This document shows positions 24,271 to 24,967 of a DNA stretch of 24,967 bases, piece after piece (position 1 is the stretch's first letter; the number at the start of each line of letters is the position of its first letter). The DNA is from a virus (taxonomy: Duplodnaviria > Caudoviricetes): positions 1 through 24,967 of the IMG/VR virus record IMGVR_UViG_3300020045_013322; one strand, 5' to 3'. The notes below the pieces were generated by a model that was not told the DNA's origin, did not search any database, and saw only the letters and a list, made by a program, of their open reading frames with translations. The translations under genes were made by a program, and so were the position numbers.

Positions 24271-24672
24271 ATGAAGTTAAAACTTGGATTATTAGCTTGT
24301 TTGCTGTTGGCGGGTTTGGCGCTAGTGACTGGTTGTGAAACTGAGGCGGACGTAACATCGGCGAACTTGTCAATGGATGCTGATGAGTTCAAAATAAACC
24401 GCCGCATAGTGTTTTTTAACGGAATCACTGACACGTATCTGCTTTCCATTGAAGGCCGAGCGTCTATTTTCGATGACGGGAATCAGCTTGAAGTAACTGT
24501 TAAAACTGGCGAGGATGCATATAAGAAACACTTTCTCGGATTATCGGATAACGTGTCTTATTTTGTGGAACAGCTTGAATCGGCAGACGTTGACAAATAC
24601 AGGTATAAGGTATTGTTTCGTCCCCAAGTGATAATTCCTGATGTGGATTTAAAAACGGGCAGCGACCGCTAG
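24271..24672 (+). CDS. Phage lipoprotein
   Basis: Signal peptide with lipobox VTGC; RRIVFFNGITD and YKKHFLGLSDNVSY motifs typical of a common phage lipoprotein family. Confidence 0.8.
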   Translation: MKLKLGLLACLLLAGLALVTGCETEADVTSANLSMDADEFKINRRIVFFNGITDTYLLSIEGRASIFDDGNQLEVTVKTGEDAYKKHFLGLSDNVSYFVEQLESADVDKYRYKVLFRPQVIIPDVDLKTGSDR

Positions 24673-24768
24673 CAAGGATACGGCCCCCGGCGCTGTCAAA
24701 GGCGCTCAGGGCGCTAGGGATAAAGATAAATTTATTAAATCGAATCTGAGAAGATGGAGTTTAAAAAA

Positions 24769-24921
24769 ATGAACAGACCATATGATCAAGAAAAAGAGCG
24801 TCAGCTAAGCCTAAGTCATGTTTTATTGATAGTGTTGTCTATAATCATATCAATAGTACTTGTAATGGTTGGACAAAGTCAACAAAAAATGCTACAAAAA
24901 AAAGAAACAACAATCAAGTAA
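24769..24921 (+). CDS. Small single-TM protein, 50 aa (not in ORF track)
   Basis: GGAG RBS; MNRPYDQEKERQLSLSHVLLIVLSIIISIVLVMVG... Confidence 0.55.
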   Translation: MNRPYDQEKERQLSLSHVLLIVLSIIISIVLVMVGQSQQKMLQKKETTIK

Positions 24922-24967
24922 TGTTGCTGTTCGTAATTTTAAATTTCCTGATAATAAATATCCTTAC

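Noticed and set aside
24673-24720. GC-rich stretch after the lipoprotein as a terminator or tRNA
   Set aside because: Only weak pairing, no adjacent U tract and no cloverleaf

Overview
Segment of a large tailed phage (or prophage) genome with two divergent arms. The plus-strand arm (8733-24967) is a replication and nucleotide-metabolism module: HTH protein, iteron-containing initiator-like protein, DnaB-like helicase, beta-clamp, a family A DNA polymerase split into two genes (UDG-like plus exonuclease at 14686-15897, polymerase at 19782-21155) with SNF2-like helicase, amino-MTase, HD hydrolase and ThyX between them, then a DnaX-like clamp loader, UvsY-like and gp32-like SSB proteins and small membrane proteins. 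The minus-strand arm carries an array-less type IV-B CRISPR-Cas effector operon (csf1, cas11, csf2, csf3, cysH-like). Four extra coupled genes lie between csf3 and cysH: a degenerate SNF2-like protein, an IbrA-like PAPS-reductase-family protein, an IbrB-like ParB protein and a compact amino-MTase. This 6.7 kb island is bracketed by a perfect 52-bp direct repeat, contains a promoter nearly identical to one in the replication arm, and is flanked by a candidate structured small RNA on one side and a solitary CRISPR-repeat-like element on the other. An NlpC/P60 endolysin and a possible holin follow. Family calls rest on motif recognition by eye; no database searches were run.
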